A stretch of 64,000 nt of DNA from the human T2T-CHM13v2.0 reference genome, Homo sapiens, in assembly GCF_009914755.1 (NCBI RefSeq), contig NC_060933.1. One strand, written 5' to 3'. Made by a program: the position numbers and the translations under genes. The notes under the pieces were generated by a model that was not told the DNA's origin, did not search any database, and was given only the letters and a program-made list of their open reading frames with translations. How positions within the stretch are numbered: the stretch's first letter is position 1; each line of letters starts with the position of its first letter. Shown here piece by piece: positions 1-12,947 of this stretch.

Positions 1-1753
1 TATAAACAAATGAAACTTAGAATTTCAGGTGCTATTTTAAAAGTTCTGTCTTCAGTGGATGTCATGCTTTTGGAATGCTAAAGGAATAACTTCACTTACA
101 ATTATTAGAATTTAAGAGTCAGAACAACGTTAAAAAGTCAGCAGGAATTACAGCAAAGTCAGTACCACAGTATTTTACAGAACCTCTGGAAACACCTGCA
201 TTTACCACACCATTCACGTAGTGATCTCGGCACCCCAAAACACAATTAGGTGACCTGACCATATTTTCTTGTACTCACAAGGTTTGAATGACCTTGAAAA
301 CCATAGAGACTTCAACATTATTTTAGGCAAAGGTGTCAATATGAGTAAAAGGTTATAAATATGATTGATCATCATTCATTTAAAAACATAACTAATGGCT
401 TAGAATGAGTAGATCACAATTTGTAAGGTGTGGTGAGAAATGGGGATGGGGAAGGGATGAATTCAGGAAGATATTAGTGTACTTTTCTTGGAGGCATGGA
501 ATTTACCATGTGAACAACTAAGAACCATTGAATGTGGTGGTAAATTGAAGAAGAATATTAAAATATTTGCATTTTAGAAAGATTATTATTTGCATTGTGG
601 AGAACAGTTTGAAGAGGTATACAACTGGCAGTAAAATGTATTTGATTATTACAAGAATAGAGAACTGATATGTGCATGAACTTAAATATCTCAGTCACAG
701 AGGGCTACAGGAGACAGATAAGAGAAAAATTAAGAATGTATAATGGAAAAGACCGGTAATAATAATATTATGGTATACAGTAATAATAATAGTAATATTT
801 CTATAGAAAAGACTTATGTAATGCTAATTGATGCTATATGCTTATATTATAAAACAAAATATTTATTAATTACAACATAATTTAAAGTACTAAGTTAACA
901 AGCTATATTGAGAAATATTAACAAAGTTATGTGATTTTGTTACATGAGTACAATAACTTATATAAAATTTATTATGTACCAGATAACTTACATTATTTTT
1001 TCTAGCTGTGGAGACCAGTGTAGACTGGTACCACCAATGAGTGAGAAAAGGTAATAACTACCCAAGTTCCATATTTTTGTAGAATTCTTACTGTGTGCCA
1101 AGTAGTGTTTTGTTCTATACAGTTCACAATCATTATTATTTATATTTTTCACACCTACCCTTAGATATGAGAGAATTGGGACTCAAAGACATTACATAAT
1201 TATACCTTCAATAGATTATGCAACTAGCAAATGAAAAAGACAGAATTCTGACCCATGATTCCAAAGTCCTGTACATGAAGGAAAGATAGTGATTGCAAGT
1301 TAAAATATGTGGGATAGCTACATGTTATCCAGAGTAAAGGCCTTCTATTTTGGACCTCAGAAAGCATTACAGTATTTGGGAATATCAGCATCTGTGTAGT
1401 CACTAAAGCCATATCAATTTGTGACTTGCTCCTCACTGTATAGACAGAATCAATGTCATTCTATTCTTAGGAAATAAAAACAATCATTAATAAATAACAA
1501 TAAATAAAAATAATCAATCTCATGAGAGGCATATGAAAGCTCTCCAGAGTCAGCATGCCAATGATTCAAGTTCACCTCTAACCTCTCCAGTAGTAGAATT
1601 CAGCTGAGAGTCAAGAATTTCATGGTACACAAGTTTGGTTTTGTTGCAGAGGGAAGAAAAAGGGATGATGTCAGAAGAGAAGGAAGATTCTGAGTATGCC
1701 ATGGGGTAATATCATTTGAAATATTTTGTGAATTCTGCTCTGAAATTGATATC

Positions 1754-1808
1754 AAAGCTCAAAACAAATGAGAATTTGTTTTGAAAATTCTCATTTGTTT
1801 TGAGCTTT
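1754..1808. repeat. Perfect 24-bp inverted repeat with 7-nt loop
   Basis: aaagctcaaaacaaatgagaattt (1754-1777), loop gttttga, aaattctcatttgttttgagcttt (1785-1808); the arms are exact reverse complements. Confidence 0.95.
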
Positions 1809-2169
1809 ATTATTTCTTCCTATTTTAATGGGAACACTGAGAAATCCAGCTGCTACCTCCCTGGTATAGGTGCTGGCAGGAGATGACAGCTGGTGCAGCA
1901 ACCCTGGCCAGAACCAGATCCCACAGTGTACTGACTGACAATGGATCCATGCATCCATTCAGTGAGGACCGGAGCATCAAAAGAGGGAACGTGGACACTG
2001 CTCTGTGACTAAAGGACCATTGATTGCTGTGGGTAGGCAAGTGTCCATGACATCTTCCAACAGGCTCAGAGGAAAATGAGGCTTAGAGTCTGTATGAACA
2101 TGGCATGAAGAACAGGAGATTACTTCTTCTTCTCATTATCCCATGCACCTGACTGAATTCCCCTGTCTG
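1790..2169 (-). other. Candidate terminal exon of an unidentified minus-strand transcript
   Basis: Non-repetitive segment, GC-richer than its flanks. Minus-strand acceptor ttttctcatgccacag|CAG (NAGNAG at 2171/2168), with ATTAAA (1829-1824) and AATAAA (1811-1806) at the distal end. The 3' end position is approximate. Confidence 0.35.
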
Positions 2170-2919
2170 CTGTGGCATGAGAAAACACACTACTAATTGT
2201 TCATTTTTTCTGTTACCAAGCAATTTTTCTGAGCTCTGCCTCTCCAATTCTATTCAGTCATTCTAAAATTCGCTCCAGGAATCTTAAGCATCTAGTTTAA
2301 AATCAGGATTCCTTTTTATAGAGGATGTACAGTAAGTTCTAGATTTATAGGGCAATGTTTTACTAGTGTAAGCCACAAGTTAATATTTTCAAAATTACAT
2401 TTTTTGTTATATTTTAATGCTCAGGATGGTCTATTATCTCGCTATCCTCTTTGTATTTAAAAAATAATAAAGGTAAACATATAAATGATTAGATGTTATA
2501 TATGCTCGGAGAAGTATATAATAAAAAGTTAAAGCCTCTGCAATCCCTACCTATGAGTCGCTTACCACAAAGGGAACCACTATTAACAGTTGTTTGTGTC
2601 TAAGCCCAGGAACAGCTTCCATGCCTACAGCTGCATTCATATATCCATTTTAAAGCATATAAATAATAATTCTATAATCACTCTTATATATCATACTTTT
2701 CATTTAATCATGCATCTGAAATGTTTAATTCAAGCCAACATATACATATCTGTATGGTTTTAGCAGTGTCTGTATCATGTAGATGTATGTAATGCACTTA
2801 GTAAGTGCCTAGATTATAGCAACTTACCACAATTATATTTGATCTTACAAAGACAGCTATAATCACAACAGTGTACTTATATCTTGGTGCATTTTATAAT
2901 ATATTTCAACTTTGGTAAG

Positions 2920-3293
2920 TGATACGGTTTGGTTCCGTATCCCCACCCAAATCTCATGTTGAGTTGTAATCCCCAGTGTTGGGGGAGGGACTTGATGGGA
3001 GGTAACTGGATCATGGGGGTGGATGCCCCCTTGCATTCTCATAATAGTCAGTGAGTTCTCACAAGATCTGGTTATTTGAAGCAGCTCTTCCCTCATTCAC
3101 TGTCTCTCCTGCTGATCATGTGAAGATGTGCTTGCTTCCCCTTTGCCTTCTGTCACGATTGTAAGTTTCCTAAGGCCTCCCCAGCCATGCTTTCTATACA
3201 GCCTGCAGAACCATGAGCCAATTAAACCATTTTCTTTATAAGTTACTAAGTCTCAGGTAGTTCTTTATAGCAATGTGAGAATGAACTAATAGA
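2920..3293 (+). mobile_element. MaLR solo LTR (MSTA/MSTB-like)
   Basis: Starts tgatacggtttgg...cccacccaaatctcatg and ends ttctttatagcaatgtgagaatgaactaataga; 5-bp TSD gtaag on both sides. Confidence 0.9.
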
Positions 3294-4754
3294 GTAAGTA
3301 TTGCAGAATTTCATCCTAGAATAGATTTCAAGTTCCACTTTCACCAACAATGCATGAAAGGCTTTTGTTCTTCTACAGAACTGATGTTATTAACCTATAA
3401 AACTTTTGTTTAAAAGTGGTTGGCAAGATGGCCAAATAGGACTCCAGTCTGTAGCTCCCAGTGAGATAAATGCAGAAGGTGGGTGATTTCTGCATTTCCA
3501 ACTGAGGTACCCAGTTCATCTCACTGGGACTGGTTAGACAGTGGGAGCAGCCCACAAAGGGTGAGCCGAAGCAGGGTGGGGTGTCACCTCACCCGGGAAG
3601 TGCAAGGGGTCAGGGAAATCCCTCCTCTAGCCAAGGGAAGCCATGATGGACTGTGCCATGAGGAATGATGCATTCCGGCCCAAATACTAAGCTTTTCCCA
3701 CACTCTTTGCAACCTGCAGACCAGGAGATTCCCTCGGGTGCCTACACCAAAAGGGCCCTGGGTTTCAAGCACAAAACTGGGCAGCCATTTAGGCAGACAC
3801 TGATCTAGCTGCAGGAGTTTTTTTTCATACCCCGGTGGTGCCTGGAATGCCAGCAAGACAGACCATTCCCTCCCCTGGAAAGGGGGCTGAAGCCAGGGAG
3901 CCAAGTGGTCTAGTTCAGCATATCACACCCCAGTGGAGCCCAGCAAGCTAAGATCCACTGGCTTAAAGCTCTCACTGCCAGCACAGCAGTCTGAAGTCAA
4001 CCTGGGATACTCGAGTTTGGTGGGGGGATGGGGGGCATCTGCCATTACTGAGGCTTGAGTAGGTGGGTTTTCCCGTCACAGTGTAAACAAAGACCCTGGG
4101 AAGTTCAAACTGGGCAGAGCCCACCACAGCTCAGCAAAGCCACTGAAGCTAGACTGCCTCTCTAGATTCCTCATCTCTGGGCAAGGCATCTCTGAAAGAA
4201 AGGCAGCAGCTGCAGTCAGGGGCTTATAGCTAAAACTCTCATCTCCCTGGGACAGAGCACCTGGGGGAAGGGGTGGCTATGGGGGCGGCTTCAGCAGACT
4301 TAAACGTTCCTGCCTGCCAGCTCTGAAGAGAGCAGCAGATCTCCCAGCACAGCACTCGAGCTCTGCTAAGGGAAAGACTGCCTCCTCAAGTGGATCTCTG
4401 ACCCCAGTGCCTCCTGACTGGGAGACACCTCCCAGCAGAAGTCAACAGACACTTCATACAGAAGAGCTCTGGCTGGTATCTGGCAGGTGCACCTCTGGGA
4501 CAAAGATTCCAGAGGAAGGAACAAGCATCAGTCTTTGCTGTTCTGCAGCCTCTGCTGGTGATACCCAGGCAAACAGGGTCTGGAGTGGACCCCCAGCAAA
4601 CTCCAACAGACCTGCAGCAGAGGGTCCTGACTATTAGAAGGAAAACTAACAAACAGAAAGGAACAGCATCAACATCACCAAAAAGGACATCCACACAATA
4701 AACCCATCCAAAGGTCACCACCATCAAAGACCAAAGGTAGATAAATCCACAAAG

Positions 4755-5464
4755 ATGGGGAAAAAGCAGCACAAAAACGCTGAAAATTCCAAAACCCAGA
4801 ATGCTTCTTCTCCTCCAAAGGATCACAACTCCTCGCCAGCAAGGGAATAAAACTGGATGGAGAATGAGTTTGAGGAATTGACAGAAGTAGGCTTCAGAAG
4901 GTGGATAATAACAAACTCCTCCAAGCTAAAGAAGAATGTTCTAACCCAATGCAAGATATCTAAGAACCTTGATAGAAGGGTAGAGGAATGGCTAATTAGA
5001 ATAACCAGTTTAGAGAAGAACATAAATGACCTGATGGAGCTGAAAAACACAGCATGAGAACTTCGGGAAGCATACACAAGTATGAATAGCCAAATCAATC
5101 AAGCAGAAGAAATTATATCAGAGATTGAAGATCAACTTAATGAAATAAAGCATGAAGATAAGATTAGAGAAAAAAGAATGAAAAGGAATGAACAGAGCCT
5201 CCAAGAAACATGGGAATGTGTGAAAAGACCAAACCTACGTTTGATTGGCGTACCTGAAAGTGACGGGGAGTATGGAACCAAGATGGAAAACACTCTTCAG
5301 GATATTATCCAGGAGAACTTCCCCAACCTAGCAAGAAAGGCCAACACTCAAATTCAGGAAATACAGAGACCACCACCAAGATACTCCTAGAGAAGAGCAA
5401 CCCCAATACACATAATCGTCAGATTCACCAATGTTGAAATGAAGGAAAAAATGTTAAGGGCAGC
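4755..5464 (+). pseudogene. L1 ORF1p remnant (disrupted, C-terminus deleted)
   Basis: ORF track 4857-5057 and 5082-5390 match ORF1p; premature TGA/TAG; the sequence stops at MKEKMLRA. Confidence 0.9.
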
Positions 5465-8400
5465 ACCACGTCACACTTATTCTAAAATCGACCACATAAT
5501 TGGAAGTAAAACACTCCTCAGCAAATGCAAAAGAATGGAATTTATAACAAACTCCCTCTCAGACAACAGTGCAATCAAATTAGTACTCAGTATTAAGAAA
5601 CTCACTTAAAACCACACAACCACATGGCAACTGAACAACCTGCTCCTGAATGACTACTGGGTAAATAGCAAAATTAAAGCAGAAATAAATAAGTTCTTTG
5701 AAACCAATGAAAACAAAGACACAACGTATCAGAATCTCTGGGACACAGGTAACACAGTGTTTAGAGGGAAATTTATAGCACTAAATGCCCACAGGAGAAA
5801 GCAGGAAAGATCTAAAATCGACACCCTAACATCGCAATTTAAAGAACTAGAGAAGCAAGAGCAAACAAATTCAAAAGCTAGCAGAAGGCAAGAAATAACT
5901 TAGAGCAGAACTGAAGGAGATAGACACATGAAAATCCCTTCAAAACATCAATGAATCCAGGAGATGGTTTTTCGAGAAGATCAACAAAATAGACCGCTGG
6001 TCAGACAAATAAAGAAGAAAGCGAGAAGAATCAAATAGACACAACAAAAAATGATAAAGGGGATATCACCAGTGATCCCACAGAAATACAAACTGCCATC
6101 AGGGAATATTATAAACACCTCTACTCAAATAAAGTAGAAAATCTAGAAAAAATGGATAAATTCCTGGACACATACACCCTCCCAAGACTAAACCAGTAAG
6201 AAGTCGAATCCCTGAATAGACCAATAACAAGTTGTGAAACTGAGGCAGTAATTAACAGCATACCAACCAAAAAAAGGTCAGGACCAGAGGGATGCAAAGC
6301 TGAATTCTACCTGAGGTACAAAAAGGAGCTAGTACCATTCCTTCTGAAACAATTCCAAACAATAGGAACAGAGGGACTTCTCTGTAATTAATTTGATGAG
6401 GCCAGCATTATCCTGATACCAGAACCTGGCAGATACACAACAACAAAAGAAAATTTCAGGCCAATACCTCTAATGAACATTGAAGCGAAAATCCTCAATA
6501 AAATACTGGCAAACCAAATCCAGCTGCACATCAAAAAGCTTGTCCACCACGATCAAGATGGCTTCATCCGTAGGATGCAAGGCTGATTCAACATATACAA
6601 ATCAACAAACGTAATCCATCACATAAACAGAACCAGTGCCAAAAACCATATGATTATCTCAATAGATGCACAAAAGGCCTTATAAAATTCAACACCCCTT
6701 CATGCTAAAATCTCTCAACATACTAGGTATTGATGGAACGTATCTCAAAATAATAACAGTTATTTGTGACAAACCCACAGCCAATATCATACTGAATGGA
6801 CAAAAGCTGGAAGCATTCCCTTGGAAAACTGGCACAAGACAAGGATGCCCTCTCTCACCACTCCTGTTCAACATGTTATTGGAAGTTCTGGCCAGGGCAA
6901 TCAGGCAAGAAAAAGAAATAAAGGGTATTCAAATAGGAAGAGAAGAAATCAAATTGTCTCTGTTTGCAGATGACATGATTGTGTATTTAGAAAACCCCAT
7001 CATCTCAGTGCAAAATCTCCTTAAGCTGATAAGCAACTTCAGCAAAGTCTCAGGACACAAAATCAATGTGTAAAAATCACAAGCATTTCTATACAGCAAT
7101 AATAGACAAACAGAGAGCCAAATCATGAGTGAACTCCCATTCACAATTGCTACAAAGATAATAAAATACCGAGAAATACAACTTACAAGAGATGTGAAGG
7201 ACCTCTTCAAAGAGAACTACAAACCACTGCCCACGGAAATAAGAAAGGACACAAAGAAATGGAAAAACATTCCATGCTCATGGATAGGAAAAATCAGTAT
7301 GTGAAAATGGCCATAATGCCAGAAGTAATTTATAGATTCAATGCTATCCCCATCAAGCTACCAATGACTTTCATCATGGAATTAGAAGAAAAGCTACTTT
7401 AAATTTCACATGGAACCAAAAAAGAGCCCATATAGCCAAGACAATCCTAAGCAAAAAGAACAAAGCTGGAGGCATCACGCTATCTGACTTCAAACTATAC
7501 TACAAGGCTATAGTAACCAAAACAGCATCGTACTGGTACCAAAACAGATATATAGACCAATGGAACAGAACAGAGGCCTCAGAAATAATGCCATACATCT
7601 ACAACCATCTGATCTTCGACAAACCAGACAAAAACAAGCAAAGGGGAAAAGACACCCTATTTAATAAATGGTGTTGGGAAAACTGGCTAGCCATATGCAG
7701 AAAACTGAAACTGCACCCCTTTCTTACACCTTACACAAAAATCAACTCAAGATGGATCAAAAACTTAAATCTAAGACCTAAAACCGTAAAAACCCTAGAA
7801 GAAAACCTAGGCAATACCATTCAGGACATAGGCATGGACAAACACTTCATGACTAAAACACCAAAAGCAATGGCAACAAAAGCCAAAATTGACAAATTGG
7901 ATCTAATTAAACTAAAGAGCTTCTGCACAGCAAAGGGAACTATCATCAGAGTGAACAGGCAACCTAGATAATGGGAGAAAATTTTTGCCATCTATCCATC
8001 TGGCAAAGGGCTAATATCCAGAATCTATGAAAACGTCAACAAATTTAGAAGAAAAAAACAAACAACCCCATCAAAAATTGAGCGAAGGATATGAACAGAC
8101 ACTTCTCAAAAGAAGACATTTATGCAGCCAACAAACATATGAAAAAAAACTTCATCATCACTGGTCATTAGAGAAATGCAAATCAAAACCACAATGAGAT
8201 ACCATCTCACACCAGCTAGAATGGCAATCATTAGGACATCAGGAAACAACAGATTCTGGAGATTATGTGGAGAAATAGGAATGCTTTTACACTGTTGGTG
8301 GGAGTGTAAATTGGTTCAACCATTGTGGAAGACAGTGCGGCTATTCCTCAAGCATCTAGAACCAGAAATACCATTTGACCCAGCAATCCCATTACTGGAT

Positions 8401-8790
8401 ACATACCCAAAGGATTATAAATCATTCTACTATAAAGAAACATGCACATGTATATTTATTGCAGCACTGTTCACAATAGCAAAGACTTGGAACCAACCAA
8501 AATGCCCATCAGTGATAGACTGGATAAAGAAAATGTGGCACATATACACCATGGAATACTATGCAGCCATAAAAAAGGATGAGTTCATATCCTTTGCGGG
8601 GAAGTGAATGAAGCTGGAAACTATCATTCTCAGCAAACTAACACCGGAACAGAAAACCAAACACCACTTTCATGTCCTTTGCAGGGACACGGATGAAGCT
8701 GGAAACCATTATTCTCAGCAAATTAACACAGGAACAGAAAACCAAACACTGCATGTTCTCACTCATAAGTAGGAGCTGAACAATGAGAAC
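5461..8790 (+). pseudogene. L1 ORF2p remnant (lacks most of the endonuclease domain, disrupted)
   Basis: Begins at APxHTYSKIDH; ORF-track fragments 6666-7073, 7588-7971 and 8176-8607 are ORF2p. Confidence 0.9.
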
Positions 8791-9014
8791 ACATGGACAC
8801 AGGGAGGGGAACATCACACAACAGGGCCTGTCAGTGGGTGGGGGGTTAGGGGAGGGATAGCATTAGGAGAAATACCTAATGTATTAGGAGAAATACCTAA
8901 TGTAGATGGTGGGTTGATGGGTGCACTAAACCACCATGGCATGTGTATGCCTATGTAACAAACCTGCCCATTCTGCAAATGTATCATAAATTAAAGTATA
9001 ACAAAATAAAATTT

Positions 9015-9370
9015 AAAAAAGGAACAAGATCATGTAATTAGCAGGAACATGGATGGAGCTGGAAGCCATTATCCTCAGCAAACTAATGCAGGAACACAAA
9101 AACAATACCACAAGTTCTCACTTATAAGTGGGAGCTGAATGATAAGAACATATGGGGGCAACAACACCCACTGGGGCTTGCTGGGTCAGTGGGGAGGGAG
9201 AGCATCAGGAAGAATATATAATGGACACTGGGCTTAATACCTAGGTGATGGATTGATATGTGCAGCCAACCACCAGGACACACCTATGTAACAAACCTGC
9301 ACATTCTGCACATGTACCCTGGAACTTAAAATAAAAGTTAAGAAAATAAATAAACAAACAAACAAATAAA
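9015..9370 (+). mobile_element. Second, older L1 3' end (L1PA10-13-like) directly abutting the long L1
   Basis: ggaacaagatcatg...ggatggagctggaagccattatcctcagc...gagagcatcaggaagaat...ggcttaatacctaggtgatgg...cttaaaataaaag plus an A-rich tail; diagnostic 3'UTR differs from 8760-9000. Confidence 0.85.
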
Positions 9371-10949
9371 ACGTTTGTTTACCTGATTCAAACATTGCTA
9401 TGTGGTAATAAATGGCAGAAATGTGAGGTTTTCAACATTACAAAAATTATACTACAAGACGAGTGCATCACATTTGTTAATTTCAAATTATGATTTTGTA
9501 TTTTAGAGATTGTGTTTTCCCCAGTAAGATACTGGGGCATTTTTTAAATGAGAGACAAAAAAATCACTTGAGATCCCTTCACAATTAAATGAAAGAAGAC
9601 AAGATTTGCTCCTATCACAAATTGTTTATTTTCTACATCTCTCTTAACAAATAAGCATGAAATTATATAAGACCCCCAACTATTGAATTTTCTGGAAAAT
9701 CATATATTTGTCTTGGAAAAGAAAAGTGACATGGTCACTAAGGAAAGCTCAATGAATTTACAAATAAGTAACACATTTTATTACACCAATGAAAAGCTTC
9801 ATTGACACAAAGCTTTTATATTGATTTTAGGAAATAATTTGTATTGTACATTTTGACTTTTCCTCCAGCATATTCACTGGAGAAAGGAAAGTCAAGGAGA
9901 GAGAAGGGTTGTGGGAATGAGAAGAACAGGGAAAGATCTAAGAGTGAGGAGAAGGGAGACAGAGAAAGAGAGAAACTCACTGGTTTGAAAATGGCCTATT
10001 TTCATTTCCTTGTGGGATTCCCTCTACTTATTAAAAGAAGTTTCTTTCTGACATAGAAGCTTCATGGTGAATAATATCAGTGTATAACATTTCTTCTGAA
10101 TTTTGGGTTGATTTTGATGAAGCTGATCCCAGAGTAGACTGGGTCCACATTTGGGGGATTATCAGACGTTGGTCAACAGAAAGGAAAACATTAAGGTAGG
10201 AATGGATGATAACAGAATATACTTTAAACAGCTCAGCTTCAAAGAATTCTCTTCCAACATGATCACATATAACATTAACAAAGATTTAATCACCACTAGC
10301 TTTGTTTTAAACTCTGAAGGATATTCTAGTGTTGTGCAGAGGGAGCACAGACACACATGCTACCTGGTGTCTATATTAAATAATGTTTATTGGGTAAAAA
10401 CTTATAAGCAGAGAAATATCAGAAGACAACTAATCCCTTAAATCACTTATTATTCCAAAAAGAGATGTGCTAAGTTGAGCAAAGCTAGGTGGTATGCTTT
10501 CCCATTGAGGGCGCTCCTGCCCTCTAAAAGCTTCACATATTTATAAGAAACAATAGGAAGGAATAAAGTATGCAACTAGAAAACAATGGAAACCCTCTAG
10601 TCAGTAGCAGATATGGCGAAGGTTGCGGGAAGCTTCTAGGGAAGGGCCTCCAGTACTAAGCTTCTAGTGTCAGCCCAGCTCATTCTTTACAAAACTAGCC
10701 CAAAGCAGCTAAGCAAGGTCTTCACTAAGCTCTCACAGGCAGATGGGGGAATGAGCTTCTGGAGTCATCCAGGTTTGTCTCTACTCTGTGATTTTGCATA
10801 TTCTTACACTGAATGAAGGCCCTAACGATATAAATTTTACTGCTGTTTCATAATATAAACGTGTGCCTTGGATTTGGATATAGTATAAGTACAACTCAAC
10901 TTTTTGTTTATCCATTTATTTCACCGAATATTTATTTAGTATTTTGAAA

Positions 10950-11140
10950 TCTGAACTCTGCTACTTTTTTGTATTTATGACCTTGAGCAAATTATTGAAC
11001 TTCGCTGAACCTCAGCTTGCTCATTGGTAAACGAGAGATAACAATTCCTATCTATTTCCTGTCAATTCCTATCTATACCATTATACAATAGTATTGTTTA
11101 ATGAAGAAATAAAATAAGTCATTTAAAGTACCCGGTGAAG
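10950..11140 (+). mobile_element. MIR remnant
   Basis: tgaccttgagcaaattattgaacttcgctgaacctcagcttgctcattggtaaa resembles the MIR core. Confidence 0.6.
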
Positions 11141-12724
11141 TAGCTCTTTCTTTGTTTTGTAAGGTAGAAGAGAACAGGAATTTCCTAAGTTGGTTATCTT
11201 GGATGAGGAAGGCTATTTAATACTAAAAGCCTTGCTTAATAAAATTCTTAGTTACAAAAGGCATCTTAAATAAACACCTCTAGTATCACTTTAAGTTATT
11301 ACTTCCTAGTTTTTATTTCCCTGTGCACAACCTCGTTAAAATTCATAAATCTTACAGTAGGAGGTTGTTTCTGAATCACAGCCCCATCTCAGAGACAATG
11401 TGAAACAAATGGTACAAAGCACACTTCCAAAACAAACCCAAATATTTTGTGTAGCCAAATAAATACAAAGCAATTAATTCTTGTTGAAGGAAACAGACCC
11501 AAGCTGTACAGAAAAAGCTGCATTTGTTGTGGGTATTTAAGTACTAAGTGACAGAAAGTTCATACCATGTCAGAACTGGATAGTTTAAATCATTATTTTA
11601 TTGTGGAAAGCAAGATCATTTTAAAAGTCTCAAAATAACTCTTTCTTTTACTTTCCTAAAACTAAACTCAAGCCCAAATCACCCCGGGACTTTAATTTAT
11701 TTGCTTGTCGTTCTTGGTAATTTTTAAAATAATAAGGTTAATGTTCAAGTTCAGAATTAGTTCAGCCCATTTCAATTCATGGACACATGTTCTAAGCAGA
11801 ATGTAATGTGTACTTAGTATTGGTTTTAGGGAAACATGACATCAAATTCCTCTTTGGATATTCTACAAAGAGCTTTTATTTGAAAGATAGTGTTTTAAGA
11901 ATGTGTTTGACCTGAGGCATGTCTGAAATGGAATAATAGTGACATGTGTCAAAATGGTATATTCTGTTACCTAAAACATTTCCCCATATCTCCCACTGGT
12001 AAAATAATGATATTTTGGCTCTGAAAAGTAGGTCCACTCTGGTGGGAAAAGGCAGAGTCATAAGATCATCACTTCTATATTTTCTAAAATCTTAAGGTAC
12101 CAGAAAAAAATGCCACATTTTTCCCATTTGAGAACTCAAGTTAAACTGTCTTGAAAGATAAAAAATAAGTGAAAACTATATATTTTTTAAGATTTGGGGC
12201 AAACATTTAAAAACTTTGTATTATAGACTTCAGGAAAGCACAACAGTCAAACCCTTTTATCTTTGTCTCTATAGGACAAAATGATTATATTTTGATTAGC
12301 CTTCCACCACCCACGAGCATAATGGGAATGTCTGAATTTTGAGCTGCTCTTAGACCATTTGTCATCGTTAGGCAAGCTAGTAAGCCTCAGTTTCTCCATC
12401 TTTACACCACAGATTTGAAATGAGGATTTAAGATATGATCATAAATAATATGACCGTGACATAGAAGAACCTCAGCAAATGCTTTCACTTTGTAAAAAAA
12501 AATTCCAAAGATGGCATTTGCCCTGAGCCAAACAGATTATTTTAAAAAGGGCAAATAACTGTGATTCTCTTCCCCAATTCAAATCGTAGGTTCCTGAAAT
12601 GCACTGCAAGATCCATTCAGTTTAGACAGTTACGGTCATCTGTTCAAATAGCTGGTAATTGCCCCCCTTTCCTCACTAGTTAGCCTAATTGGAGTAACAT
12701 AATGTTAACAGATTGACCTTTAAA

Positions 12725-12880
12725 GTCCAACACTCATGAGTTCAAATTATGACTCCACCACTGAACTGTCACTCATTTATAAGTTACCTATGCTCTCTAA
12801 GGCCTAGTTTTCTCATCTATAAAATGAGTTAAGCACCTAGCACAATGCCTTGTGTGCTGTAAGTACTCAATAAATGTTAT
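12725..12880 (+). mobile_element. MIR remnant
   Basis: aagttacctatgctctctaaggcctagttttctcatctataaaatg...agcacctagcacaatgcc...aagtactcaataaatgtta. Confidence 0.65.
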
Positions 12881-12947
12881 GTTTTCTCCAAAGAAATAAT
12901 TCTTTCCAAAGAAAAAGTATCAGCTAATGTGTGGAGTTAAAAAATTC

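Larger units (their letters stand above)
3417..9020 (+). mobile_element. Near-full-length LINE-1 (L1PA7/L1PA8-like), inactive, with ~0.95-kb internal deletion
   Basis: 5'UTR start caagatggccaaatagg...; ORF1 remnants (MENEFEELTEVGFRR, KRPNLRLIGVPE); ORF2 RT remnants ([23 protein letters not shown]) and Cys-rich C-terminus ([14 protein letters not shown]); G-rich 3'UTR and A tail. Many stops and frameshifts. Confidence 0.97.

Noticed and set aside
3373-5098. ORFs in and antisense to the L1 5'UTR/ORF1 (for example the 146-aa and 106-aa ones)
   Set aside because: Generic by-products of L1 sequence; none is recognisable as an intact ORF0 or a host gene.
6666-8607. Reverse-transcriptase ORFs as a novel retron/RT system
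   Set aside because: These are plain fragmented L1 ORF2p; the element is dead.
11042-11076. caattcctatctat repeated with a 21-nt period
   Set aside because: Small slippage duplication inside a MIR; no array.
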